A model generated the notes under the pieces. That model was given only the letters and a program-made list of their open reading frames with translations. It was not told where the DNA came from and did not search any database. Shown in pieces: positions 23,916 to 38,455 of a DNA stretch of 64,000 bases. Numbering within the stretch: position 1 is the stretch's first letter; every line of letters begins with the position of its first letter. The translations under genes and the position numbers were made by a program. Source of the DNA: Selaginella moellendorffii (taxonomy: Eukaryota; Plantae; Lycopodiophyta); the NCBI RefSeq assembly GCF_000143415.4, contig NW_003314370.1:62001-126000 (forward strand). The letters run 5' to 3'.

Positions 23916-26913
23916 GTCGCGAGCCTGCCAAGTTCCAAGAAGTTCTATAACTGTCCTCAATTGACTGTTTCTTTCAAGCAAACAGTGTAAAGAGTCATTT
24001 TAACTGTAACAACATTTCAAACTGGAATATGATCTCTAGGGTCTAACAGCTAGCATATTCTAAGAATATTTAATTTTGACGTTTACCAAATCCCATTTTG
24101 GTTTGCCATGATCTCCACGGATTCAGTTCCTATGGGACTATTTGTCCACGAAATAAATTTGAGGTTATTGAGTTCTCCTTTAGGGATTCTACAATAGGGT
24201 TACAGGCCCATATTCTAGTCTGAGAGAAGAAATTCCTTGCAACTGATTACAAAGTTTTAAAAAACTCTAATGAGAAACATCCACCAGAGTAGAGGCGATC
24301 TTTCTAAAGCTTCCTATTTCAAGCGTTATTGGTAAGGAGAGTGTGCAAGCAGTTAAGCTTGCCAAGTTTCAAGAAGCTTTATTGCGACAGTGGCGTAATT
24401 TCGTGCTACGCAAGCATCACGGACTCTAGCATGACGGTTATGCATTTGACATGTACTCCTACACCTTTAGAGATAACCTAGTGATCTCCAAGCACAACCA
24501 TCAATACTACATTGGAAATCCCTTTCTAGGTAACTGGGAAGCAATCCCCAAAATCCAGAAAGAACGAGCTGGTACTGGAGCTTCGTCATAGGATCATTTG
24601 CATCAGAGGTGAGGGGCGGTTTTACAAAATTGTGAACTTCTAATAACCGCGTCTTGACATTCTCCCGTGGGCAATTTTGCTGGGTGGAAGAAAAAGGATT
24701 GTCTGAGGGATTTGCGTTAACCCCAGTGGTTTTTGAGGATAAGGTGGTATCGATTCACGTCTGGGGCGAGTTCTCATTTAGGGATTTATCTGTGATGATA
24801 CAATATAATTTCTTCTAGTCTGGGAGAAGAAATTATTTGTAGTGGTGCGAGGATGAGGATGCTTGATCTTTGAAGGCGGGAAATTACAGGAGATGGAATA
24901 CGTTTGGAGAGTGAAACGGTAGCCCCCAAACATGTCTCATATATTGGACACCATTTTGATTTTCAGTCCAAGAAAAGCTATGTAAGGTTTGAGGCTTCTG
25001 AAAGCAATATCTTCCTTCGTAAAATACCTGAGATTTTGTGTGATTCCATAGAAATAAAATTATTTAAGATAAAATGTAATTTGTTGCTATGCATATTATG
25101 AATCTTATTTTTAAATATATTTAAAGAGATATGGGAAATCAAGGTTAAAGAGAAAACGTTCATAGAAGATTTTGGGGTGTCTTTTTTTTAAATATTAATG
25201 AGATATGCATAATTAATGATAGTGTTAGGATTTGAAAGGAATTACATTTGCATTTTTATTGTTATACCATCTCTAATCTCTCTTGAATAGCTTAGTGTGA
25301 TAGATCATTGGAAATCACAGCCTTATATATACATGCACAAAATTTATCCTTTAGGTTGGTGGCTTAAAATTTATCCTTTTTTCAGGGCATGAGGAAACCT
25401 TTGAACAATCAGTAGAAAGGAAGTCTTCTTTGCCCTATGGTTTGATGGTGAAGTTGGGAAAATAAATGTGCAACTAGTTTCAATATCCACACTTGTTGAG
25501 AGCCTGTGGTCACAAAGAGCTCATGAGTTTTTCAATTAAGTTCGGCTATTAAAATTTTACTATGATAATAATAATATAAAATTTTAATTTACTAGATAAT
25601 TATTGTTTATATAACATTTTAGCCATCACATCAACCAAGGATAAAAGGTTCTTTACTTGATGGAGGAATATAAACAAAAAGCACCAATAAATCTATAAGT
25701 TGTAATATGTGGATTCTCAATCCTTTTGTATAAAACACTTTAGCCATTGTATATATATAAATTTTGGAGGATTAGCTTGATAAATATTGTGTAAAACCTC
25801 ATAAAATACTCAGGTTTTCATATAGGTTTAGGATGGTAAATTAATATCATAAAAGCATATGGGTTTGGGGAAGGTAAAACATATGTATGGGGTTTATATA
25901 AATAGGTTTATGTATGTGAGTGTAATAAAGTCTTTAAGAATTAGTTAGTTTAAATTTTTTTATTATTCATATCTAATTATAAAAATATTTTTTAATTTAA
26001 TTTAATAATATGAAAAATCTAATCGCAACAGAAGAGAATGGAACTCATAAGATTTTTTGAGAAGTCAAAAACTTCTTGATTATGAATTGCCATGCCAAAA
26101 CCTCTTAAACAATGACATCCAAATAAGTCCTCTACATTCGGTCTAGACAGTTGCAAGAAAACCAAAGACAACCTCTTAAACAATGGCTTATTGAAGAGTG
26201 TACCTTCTTGATCATTAATGAATCCAACCACTTGAACTAGCAAGAATAATGCTTAACCAATTTCCTTCCTTTCCAGATTGTGAGATAAAAAAATCCAAAA
26301 GAAAGTGTTGTTAGCAAGAAAAAATAAAATAAAATAATAAAAAGGTGAAAGGAGAACTTATTGTTGTGTCCTTTGATCACCACTTGTAGTGCTAGTTGTG
26401 CAGTGGCGGCAATAGGCTACCACCATGGCCATAAACAACCATGCCATCCACACAGCTGTATAGCCCATTCTCCACTTACACTCCTTGATGTATAGCCTAA
26501 GCCCCTATGGTTGCACACCAAGCCATGGCTGCCAAAAAAGCTATATAGTTATGATTGCCATGGCCATGGCTGCAATCCCTATAAACACAAGCCACACAAC
26601 CATAACTATAAGCCTTGTCAAGCTGCATGCTAGGAACTAAACCCTAGTTGGCAATGCTATCATAGCAGGTGTCATGGCCATGGTTGCAGCTCAGCTAAAC
26701 AATTTTGATCAAATGTATTTGTTTAAGGTCAAATTTATATTTTAAAGAATAATTTACTAACTTTTAAAATCAAACTTATTAAACTTATAACAGTCAGATT
26801 TGAGGGGATAGAAGAAAAGACATATGTTAGACCTTCATATTTCAATTAGTTTATGTTTGGATGTTAGAGATGAGGGAGATTAATATGTCAATATTATATT
26901 AAATAGACAGACA

Positions 26914-28900
<1,987 letters not shown>

Positions 28901-30127
28901 ATATAGAATATATATGAGTTTTCATACTTAATATTCCATTTATTAAAGTTGTCGGGAAAGGCATTTTGGCTTATTAACTTCAATGTTGAAATTAGTTTCT
29001 ATATCTAGCTTTAAGCAGCTAAAGAAAAAAACTTGAGAAACAATTTATTAAATTTAAATATAGAAGGAAAAAGAATACACCCTCTTTTCCAATCGGTTAA
29101 AAGTTTTGGGATATTTGGGGTGAAGTGTTCTTAGGTTTGATAATATTGGGTTGGATGACCTTCCATGAAGTTAAAATTTAGGGATTTACACTAGCAATTA
29201 ATGGTAATAATTGATTGTTGTTTATAATAATTGATTATCATTGTTAAAAGTTATGTTTAATTATTATTAGTGATAGCTAATTTGTTATTCTATAGGATAG
29301 TGGATTTTTTATCAATAATGATTATGCATCTCTTTTGATAGGGTTATTGATGATCTTTAGTGATAGTTAATCATTTTCTTTGATGGGTTTTAGCTTTTTA
29401 TATATTTAATATTCTTTGTGGTTTGTTTTAAATTGGTTTTCTTGGTTGAAATATTGGTAGGATATTGCTAATGCTTACTTAAATAACTCAAATTATTTTT
29501 TATTATTGACTGGAATCTATTTAAATTGGTTAATGCAATATTTAGCATAAATGAGTGTTTATTGGCCCTTGTGATGCTCATATATTCTGTTGGTTGTTGT
29601 TAATTTTTGTTTTGATAGATTGAGATGTTATTTCCTTCAAATGATACATTTGCAAGTATTTTTCTTGTTTAATTTTAATTGATAATACTTTATATTCTTT
29701 GAGTTATCTTTCATAAATTGATTAGTATGCTATTTGAAATTTTTGATACAAGTGTTTTAATTTTAGAAAGTGCTTCTCAAGCTATTAAAACACCCATTTG
29801 ACATGTTGCAAACAACCCTGCTATATGCCATCAATTTATATCAATAAATAATCTAGATAGGCTCATAGAAACTCCTCAAAGCTTTTTGATAAGTCATCAA
29901 TCATCTCTTAAAATGTTGCAAGTGCTCCCATCAATCTATATAGCATTAGTGGAATTTACACAAACTCTTTAGAATTTAAAATCTTGTCTTTACCACATTA
30001 ATAGGATTCATAGATATATGTTAATTCCTATATTGTGAAATATCAATTGTTTCATTAAATTATCAACCTGCAAGAATGGATAAGAGTTACCACTATGATA
30101 TTATTCAAAGGCAGGTGTAGCCGAGTA

Positions 30128-30428
30128 GTCTATATGCTTTATTTCGTTAAAGTGGAACTTTTCATTATCCCACTTATGGTGTGTGGCCACATGCCATTTT
30201 TATAACAACAATAAAAAATTGAAGTTTTAGCTTTATAATTTATAAATTAAAAACTTTTCATATGATTTTGTGTTATAATATTGTGAAATATAAAAAATAA
30301 ATTAAAAAACTAATAGAAATATTAATAAATATTAATTAAGTACTAGGAAATGGCATGTGGACACATGCTAATTAATGTCCCACTTTACTGAATAAGTTCC
30401 ACTTTAATGAAATAAAGCATCTATAGAC
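30128..30428. mobile_element. MITE with ~35-bp terminal inverted repeats and TA flanks
   Basis: GTCTAT(AG)ATGCTTTATTTC(G/A)TTAAAGTGGAACTT at both ends in inverted orientation. Internal IR GTGGCCACATGCCATTT/AAATGGCATGTGGACAC. TA at 30126-27 and 30429-30. Confidence 0.75.
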
Positions 30429-32324
30429 TATGCTACTTACAAATAACTCCTAAGTCAAGCATTTTTATCACATCTTTGTCACATATTTATTCATTTGCTT
30501 CACAATTTATGGACTTATGTTACTCAAACTCAAGGACGCTTAATTTCATATATTCCAAAGCTTGAAAAAAGGGGAGCACTTTTATTTATATACCCTTTCC
30601 TTTTATATTCTCAAACTATTTTCTTTGATTGCTTCTAATTAAAATGCATATTTAAAGTAGGAATATTATGCCAAGTTCACATATTAGACTAGTCTAATTA
30701 ATGGGACCAAATAGTTTTGGGAAATGAGCATGAAATTTCTTTACATTATAACCCCATTTTGCAAGAGAGAATCTAAGAGTTTGAAGATCTTCAACAACAA
30801 TCATAGAGTTTCAATGAACACAATTAATAATAATAAGGGAAGGATGCCCTGGAATAGTGAGGAGGTTCTTCTCAAAGTCATAATTGAACTCTAGTAGTGC
30901 ACAACAAATTGACACCCAAAATGATATTATAAATCTAATGTAACAAAAGAGTGTGCATATATTTCCTAAGTTGCAAAGGTACATATACTATACACAACAA
31001 CCAGACTAAAGACTTTTAATTAACAAAAACAATTCACAAAGGTTGAGAACACAAGACCTCTTGTAATTCCAAATTACAGATCATAAAATGCAAGACAAAA
31101 GAGATAAAGCTAAGATCCACCAATCTTAAGACCATCACCTTGGTATCATAAATAAGACTAGAGAATATTAATCATTTGTTCTCCATCAACTCCTTATTAT
31201 AAGTTGGGAAAGAGAGTGGTAATAAGAGACATCTTGTTATCCATGCATGCAAGAGGAGAAGAATAAGGTATGTTTATTGGAATTTATTAGTTATAGAAAT
31301 GATTAACATGAAGCATTTCAACATTACTATTGTTGTTTTGAGATACAATAGCTTAACAATGATATCCTCAACCCTAACAATTGTAATAATATGGCTCAAA
31401 GTCCACACCCACAGCCTCCTCCTTGACTGTGTCCATGCCCACGCCCATGTCTACAACCCCCACGACTGCCATAGCCACCAGAATTTGAAGCTACTGCAAT
31501 GCAATTGAGGTGGGATCAATATCCATAGAGACTTAAGGTACACTGCAGAGCATTGGAGAATGAAAGCTTTCCTCCATACTGTGAGTAATAATAATGACAA
31601 ATGTCTTATCACAAAAGCTTCCATAAAACTATAAACATGATAGAACAATCTTACTCATCCTCCAAATCAATTTGTTATTTCACCATGTTGCCACCCTAAC
31701 TTCAGAGGTGACCTCATTTTTGCAAGGAGATGCAACACTATAGTTTGCAAATCTTATTGTTGCCTTCTTGCATGGTTGTCAACAAGCCTTTGAATGCTAA
31801 CAAGGAGGAAGTGTCATCCCATCCATAATATATCCATCCAGAAATGCTAAATTACATATGCTAAATTTAATCCTCTGTATTGGATGCAAACATTGGGTAT
31901 ATACTATGTGTATGTAGGGGCAACCAAGTGCTATAACAATTGTTACACCTCATCTAGAAGTTATGTAAACATCAAACCAGCTGTTGCTCAAGCCATTAGG
32001 ATCTTGATCCTCACCACCAACCTCCATATGAAGAAATCAAGAACAAAAGCACACTATCAACAAGAAGTTACTTAATATCACCAATTAAATGACCCTGTGA
32101 ATAGTGCAAATAGGATGGTGTTGTGGCCACTAATATAGTATATGTATAACATATATAGATATTAGAGATTGTTTTAATAATTTTTATACTTAGATCAAAT
32201 ATATTTATTTTGTAAATGTCTGAAATTAACTTGTTATGTAAAAGATAAAGAAGGTGAGCATACATTCAACGGTTTAGATTAAATTTGTGTTTCGCTTGAC
32301 CCTTTTGACCGTTTTGTACGGGCA

Positions 32325-32338
32325 TTAGGGTTAGGGTT
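32325..32338 (+). promoter_or_regulatory. Telo-box-like TTAGGGTTAGGGTT immediately upstream of the ClpP2 ATG
   Basis: Motif visible; similar AAACCCTA-like motifs sit near the RPL19, TRAPPC2L/DUF218, TFB1 and NMT/PPR starts. Confidence 0.5.
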
Positions 32339-32339
32339 C

Positions 32340-33101
32340 ATGGCGTCCCGGCTATGGCGTCACGCCGCGAGGTGCGCTCTCTCCCCCCCGGCGCTGGATC
32401 ACCACCAGCGCCGCCTCTACGGCCTCATCCCAATGGTGATCGAGCACACCGCCCGTGGCGAGCGCGCCTACGACATCTTCTCGCGCCTGCTCAAGGAGCG
32501 CATCGTCTGCATCCACGGCCCCATCGCCGACGACACCGCCTCGCTCGTCGTCGCCCAGCTCCTCTACCTGGAGTCCGAGAATCCGCTCAAGCCCATCCAC
32601 CTCTACATCAATTCCCCGGGCGGCGTCGTCACTGCCGGGCTCGCGATCTACGACACGATGCAGTACATCCGGAGCCCGGTGAGCACGCTGTGCGTCGGCC
32701 AGGCGGCGTCCATGGGATCGCTCCTCCTCGCGGCGGGGGAGCCCGGCCAGCGCCGATCGCTGCCCAATGCGAGGGTGATGGTGCACCAGCCATCCGGGGG
32801 AGCCAGCGGCCAGGCCAGCGACATCGCGATCCAGGCGCGTGAGATCCTCGACATGAGATCCCGGCTCAACAAGCTCTACGCCAAGCACACGGGGAGTAGC
32901 ATCGAGAAGATCGACCAGAGCATGGAGAGGGACCACTTCATGTCGCCCGAGGAGGCCAAGGAGTTTGGGCTCATCGATGAGGTGATTGTCCAGCGGCCGG
33001 AGTCGCTGGTGGCGGACAGTGTGGGGGTGAAGGCGGCGGCGGAGGGTGGCGGCGCTGGTGGTGAGAAGGCGAGTGCCACTGCCACTCCTTCTACCAAGTG
33101 A
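32340..33101 (+). CDS. CLPP2: ATP-dependent Clp protease proteolytic subunit, mitochondrial type (intronless)
   Basis: [45 protein letters not shown] (catalytic Ser), MVHQPSGG (His), MERDHFMS; Arg-rich presequence. Confidence 0.95.
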   Translation: MASRLWRHAARCALSPPALDHHQRRLYGLIPMVIEHTARGERAYDIFSRLLKERIVCIHGPIADDTASLVVAQLLYLESENPLKPIHLYINSPGGVVTAGLAIYDTMQYIRSPVSTLCVGQAASMGSLLLAAGEPGQRRSLPNARVMVHQPSGGASGQASDIAIQAREILDMRSRLNKLYAKHTGSSIEKIDQSMERDHFMSPEEAKEFGLIDEVIVQRPESLVADSVGVKAAAEGGGAGGEKASATATPSTK

Positions 33102-33833
33102 AGTGAGTGAGTGAGCTCTTTGATTCTGGATAGCTCCACACTCCCAGGGATTGGAGTGGAAGATCTGGAAGAACTGGATCAGGGAAAGAGAGTTTCTCCA
33201 GAAGTCTTGGAGGATGCTCCACACAATTTTTTGTGTAAGGGAATGATTATGATGGTTTGGTTCGCGAGATCTCTGTCACTGGAGCTAGCAATTTTTGTAT
33301 TTCAGCTTCTAGGTAATTTACAAGCTCTTCTAGCAAACACTGGTGAGGTTAGTTCTTGGCAATTTATAAAGAAGATTTCTAAGGAAGAGCTCCATATTTC
33401 TAAATATTTTGGGGAAGAACTCAATACTATCTTTGAATTATAGCGAGCCATAGCAAGACTAGCGCCCAGCCCGCTACCAGAAAGATCTCAAACGCCAGCA
33501 CTGGCATGTAAAAAACCATGGCTGGATCAGACCAATGCAATGCAAAGCTTTGCTAGACTCAAGGCTTAGAAAAAAGAGAAACCTCAAACATAAAGTTTTC
33601 ATGCTTTCTATTGAATTCTTCAACGATCGATTAAGTGTTTGTGTTTGTTCTAAGATCTACTAGGTAGCTATAGTTTTTCTACCATTGCTACATGACCCCA
33701 AAAACATGTATATATATTGTTGAAAGCTCCTGGAATGTGTGTATAGATTTTATCCTCCTTGTCAGTAGAAAGGAAGAACCCTGGCATTAGGGTTTTGGGG
33801 GGTTTTGAATCCATGGGTTTTTGAGCGAGAGCG

Positions 33834-35979
33834 ATGCCAGGGATCGCGCGAGCGCTCATGAAAGCGACGACGAGCATTGCCTTCCCATCGTCGGCGCCGC
33901 CGCAATCCTTCCAGTTCCAGGCTTTTCTCCCACGCAAATCCCTCGCGCAGGCCAGCAGCAGCAGCATCAATCGCAGCGTCTCTTCCTCTTCTCCTTGTTC
34001 CTCTTCTAGGGATTTTGCATCGCCGCTCTTGTCCACGACGCGCCGTTGCTCGCAAATCGCCGCCGCGCAGGGCCAGCATTTGGATGTGGGCGATGGCGCC
34101 AGCAGCAAGGAGGAATCCAGTGAATCCAGTGAGAGCAGTGGGCAGCAAATCCAGCGCTCCGGCAAGGCGGGGGCGGCGATTGAGAGGAGGCGAAGGGCGG
34201 CCGCTCCTCTGCCCGACCTCCTCACTGTCAAAGGCATTGGGCCTAGGAATATGGAAAAGCTCGTCGCCAAGGGAATAGGGAAGCTTGTGGAGCTCAAGCA
34301 GCTCTATCGTGACAAGGTACGCGTTGTCTAGAGTTCTTTTCCTTGGTTTTGAGTAGAGAGCTACTGGTTTGCTGGGCTTGGAGAGATTTTTGGATTGATT
34401 TGGTCCTTAGGCTTCTTTGTCTTTGATTTTTTAAGTTAACCAGGCCGAGAGCTAGATTGTGGTTTGCTTCCAGTTGTAGATTTCTCTCTTGGTCCTTGGG
34501 CTTCTTTGTTTTCTCGAGGCTTTGATCTCTTGAAGTTAATCAAAACGTATCCATGCATGGTCTAAAAGGGGCTGGACTCGCTAGATTCTATCTATTTGTT
34601 CTCAATCATTTTAAAACTTACTCTTCGTTTTTCTTTGTTTCCAGTTTCGTACTGGTGGAACCGAGAAGCTGGTGGAATACCTTGTTGCCTCCGTGGGAGT
34701 ACACAAGAATCACGCGAATGTGATCGCCTCCTTCATCAAGGATGCCGTGGACAAGGAGCTGGAGAGCAGCGGCCAAGCCTCGCAGGCCAAGAAGAGGCTC
34801 ACCTTCTGTGTGGAAGGCAACATCAGCGTTGGAAAGACCACCTTCCTCCAGCGGATTGCAAACGAGACTTTCGAGCTGCGAGATCTCGTGGAAGTTGTCC
34901 CGGAGCCGATTGGGAAGTGGCAGGACGTCGGGAAGGAACACTTCAATGTTCTCGACGCCTTCTACGCCGAGCCGTCGCGGTACGCCTACACTTTTCAGAA
35001 CTACGTGTTCGTCACTCGGCTGATGCAAGAGCGTGAATCCGCGAATGGACTCAAGCCTTTGAGGCTCATGGAGAGGAGCGTCTTCAGCGACAGGATGGTA
35101 AGCTCTCAAGTTTTGTTTGAGCTCTCTTGCATTGCTTGGTTTCTAGTTCGTAGTTTTTCTTCTGGACTGATTGAAATGAGTGTTTTTACGAGACTTTTTG
35201 TTCTTTTCTTCACTTCTGCCAAGAGTTTTTCGTTTCTTCGTGATGTAGTAACTTACGCTGGTATGTCGCTTGCTCAGGTGTTTGTGCGTGCCGTGCACGA
35301 AGCAAAGTGGATGAGCGAGATGGAGATCAGCATCTACGACTCGTGGTTCGACCCGGTGGTAGCCGAGCTTCCCGGTTTGGTTCCCGACGGATTCATCTAC
35401 TTGCGAGCCAGTCCAGACGCTTGCCTTCGGCGGCTCCAGATGCGAAAGAGGCCCGAGGAGCAGAAAGTGACGCTCGACTACCTCAAGGGACTCCACGAGA
35501 AGCACGAGCAGTGGCTGTTCCCAACCACGCCGTCCCCCAACAGCGTCATGTCTGTCAAAGAGTGGCTTCCAACTCTCCACCAGCCGCCGCCCAGGATCAA
35601 AGACCGCGTCTTCTACCTCAAAGGCGATCACGTCCACTCTTCCATCCGGGAGGTGAGAAGAAAAAGTTCTAAAGTGTTTGCAAGCTCTAAGCTTTCTTTT
35701 CAGGTCCCGGCATTGATCCTCGACTGCGAGGCTTCGATCGACTTCAGCAAAGACGTGGAGGCCAAAGCAGAGTAAGCAAAAAAACACATAGTTTCTTTGA
35801 TCACAAACGTGGTTTTTCTTCCTCTTTGTTTTTTGTTTGCTAGATATGCTCGACAAGTAGCCGATTTTTTCGAGTACGTGAAGCAAACTCGAAATGTGGA
35901 AGCCGGTGTTCGTGACAATCTTTTGCTGTCAGCAGGGAGGCCCATTCTCGGCCCCGATGGGCTCGTTCTCAGGCCTTAA
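33834..35979 (+). CDS. Deoxynucleoside kinase (dNK) with organellar transit peptide
   Basis: Exons 33834-34316, 34645-35097, 35278-35652, 35704-35771, 35844-35979; motifs FCVEGNISVGKTTFL, ERSVFSDR, PDGFIYLRASP. Confidence 0.92.
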
Positions 35980-36087
35980 TCCTTGTGTGTTTCTTCTTTC
36001 TTTTTTTCTTTTTTTTGTTCTTTCCTTCTTTCCACTACGTTTTGTATTTGACAGTAAGTTGGAAACGCGGTCTTTTTTTACTTGAAA

Positions 36088-38074
36088 TCACAATACAATT
36101 ACACAAAAAATGGTCAAGAGTGCCAAGAAAACATTCTGCCCGAGTTTACTACTGCCAGAAGCTTGGCCACGAATAAACGTTCCACTGCCACCAAAAGATT
36201 TCACCCCCGTGTCGGTGGAGACGTCCACGGTTGACGAGCCTGGAAAAAAAATGGAGCAGCAATGCGTCACAAAGATCTGGTCTAAACAAGAGAAAGAAAC
36301 TGGTCTTACAATCGAAAGGACGCCATCCAATTCGCCCCCTCTCCAAATCATACACAACGAGCTTGTTCTTGAGAACCAAGTCTGTGAAAATGAGGTTGCA
36401 GTCATCGCCGAGGAGGAAAAGAAATACCTCCAAAGATGGTGTATTGAAGCTCGCTCTCGGCTGATCCCATCGATTGCCATCCCATGCACCAGATTGGAGC
36501 ATTGGCCTGTTCCACAAATAAATTACACAATTAAGCAACGTAGAGACAAGCTACATCATACCGCAGAAGCTTGTCTTATCAGATACTCCGCTGGTGTCAA
36601 GGTCATTGACGCGCCCTCGAAGTACAAAACCACGTTTGGAAACAGCTTATAGATGCTGCAAGTTTTCGAGCGAGTTCATCAGTTCTCCGGAATGATAAAA
36701 ACTATTAGCTTGCCTGCCGCGAACAACGAAGCATACGTTCCCTGTGACCCCAATGGGCGGAGTAGCAGCGGCGTCGACAATCTTGACAGACGAGTGTCAC
36801 AAAGTAGAAAAGGTGCTACCACAAGACTTACCGCTTGAGTAAACGCTTGGTACGCCTCATCAGGAAGATAGGCCAGTGTCGTGCCGCTGTCAAAGATTGT
36901 CCCTTGCATGACGTCGTTGGAGAAGAGCTTGGGATCGATAGTGAGGTTGGCGTTGTTGACGGATATGCTTTGTAGCACGACATTGTAATGGCTCCTGCAA
37001 GTTGGTTCGTGAGAAATAACGTAGAGAAACTCTTACTGAGTAAAAACTTACATGTATGGAACCAGCGGCGTGTACTGGATGTCCGGCTCAATCACATTAC
37101 CGAGAACCAAGATGCCACCGCCTCTCTCTCCCCCGTCCAAGCAGTGAGCAAAAACGTTCGGCGTTTTTCCCTGCTTAGCGAGCTGTGAGTTGAAAGAAAG
37201 GTCGCTTGCTCCAAATCCAATAATGCCATCTAGTGCTCGCTCCGAAGTTGAAAGATCGCCAGATTGTTTGAAGCCACACCTACAACACCACCTCCCAGTA
37301 AGTGAAAGCGCCAGAATTGAGGCAAGAGATACAGATCAAAACCCAAAGATTACTGTTGCAGTAGCGTTCACCATGTAATGCAAAACGTCTTCCACGAGGT
37401 ATCCGAGGGTCCCGCTTCCATCTCCATACTGGAACGAATAGCCACACTGGTTTTGATCGTTGCAGCCGGACTCCGAGATTTGCGTTATCAAGGTGCAGCT
37501 CGGATCCGAGCAAGGAACTTTGGAGCTGCTTGCCGAGGCCTTGACGTCATACGGAACAATCGGGATCTACACAGAGCCTCATCAATCACAAGTTCACAAA
37601 TACTCTCGTCTCACCTTGAGGTCACTGAAAGCAGGACATCCAATGCACGGATGACAATTAACCCAAAGGAGGTCACTCCCAGTGTCCACTTGAAGATTGT
37701 ATGTCCTTGGAGGAGTTCCCAGCTGCACTTGAGTGAAGTAGAGGCTGCCAGAAATTATAGTTAGCAGTGGAAACATAAGAAAATCGTATGACAGTTATTA
37801 CAGTTACTTACCCAGCAATATATGGATCTGCTACTCCTTCCACTGGCAACGAGACCGCGCTGGACTTGAGCTTGACCATGCGTCCCCGATCGTGAGCCTT
37901 GAGCAGCTGCATATGTTCGTGCGTGATGCCCGTTCCATTCGTGCTCTTATTTGAACCCGGCTTTGTTGAGTACCTGTGTGTCAACTCGAACACACCAGGC
38001 ATGCTGTTGATACGTCGACTGAAGCCATCCACCGAGCACAGCAACAGGACGATCAAAACAGCCAACAAAGCCAT
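36088..38074 (-). CDS. Pepsin-like (A1) aspartic protease, secreted, probably GPI-anchored
   Basis: Signal peptide MALLAVLIVLLL, catalytic VDTGSDLLWVNC and FDSGTTLAYL, ILGD/VVYDLE, hydrophobic C-terminal tail. Confidence 0.92.
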
Positions 38075-38455
38075 TGCCGGTTCTGTTACCGAGTCATTTA
38101 ATCCAATCCTCGATTCTTCTCCTGCGAGCGATCACTTTTTGGGAGCCTGCTTGCTGTCGCAGAAAAGCTTTTCAATGCCACGAAATAAAATTAGCAATGC
38201 TACCTCGTTTAGATCCGCGGTCATGCAGAGACGAAGGGATGGCGTCGTCTGAACACGAAACTTATAATACCGGCCATTCATCTGAAACCATCTACCATCA
38301 ACGGCTAAGAAACAGACACGCAAATGTTAAAACTTTCGAGCGAAAGAACATGGGAAGCCGATGAAACTGCATGCATGCAAGCGCCCGAGAAATATGAGAA
38401 ACAAAATTGACGTATCTTTTTATCAATTTGAAGAAGAATCCTTCGGGATCGAGCC

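Noticed and set aside
26030-26700. Possible LINE 3' remnant and CCATGG-rich subterminal repeats of a DNA transposon
   Set aside because: Too decayed to assign a family or boundaries by eye.
30500-32250. Possible decayed transposase or pseudogene
   Set aside because: No recognisable motif in any frame without a search.
32340-33101. Intronless ClpP2 as a retrocopy
   Set aside because: No poly(A) or TSD seen; it has intact catalytic residues and promoter-like motifs, so it is treated as the normal gene.
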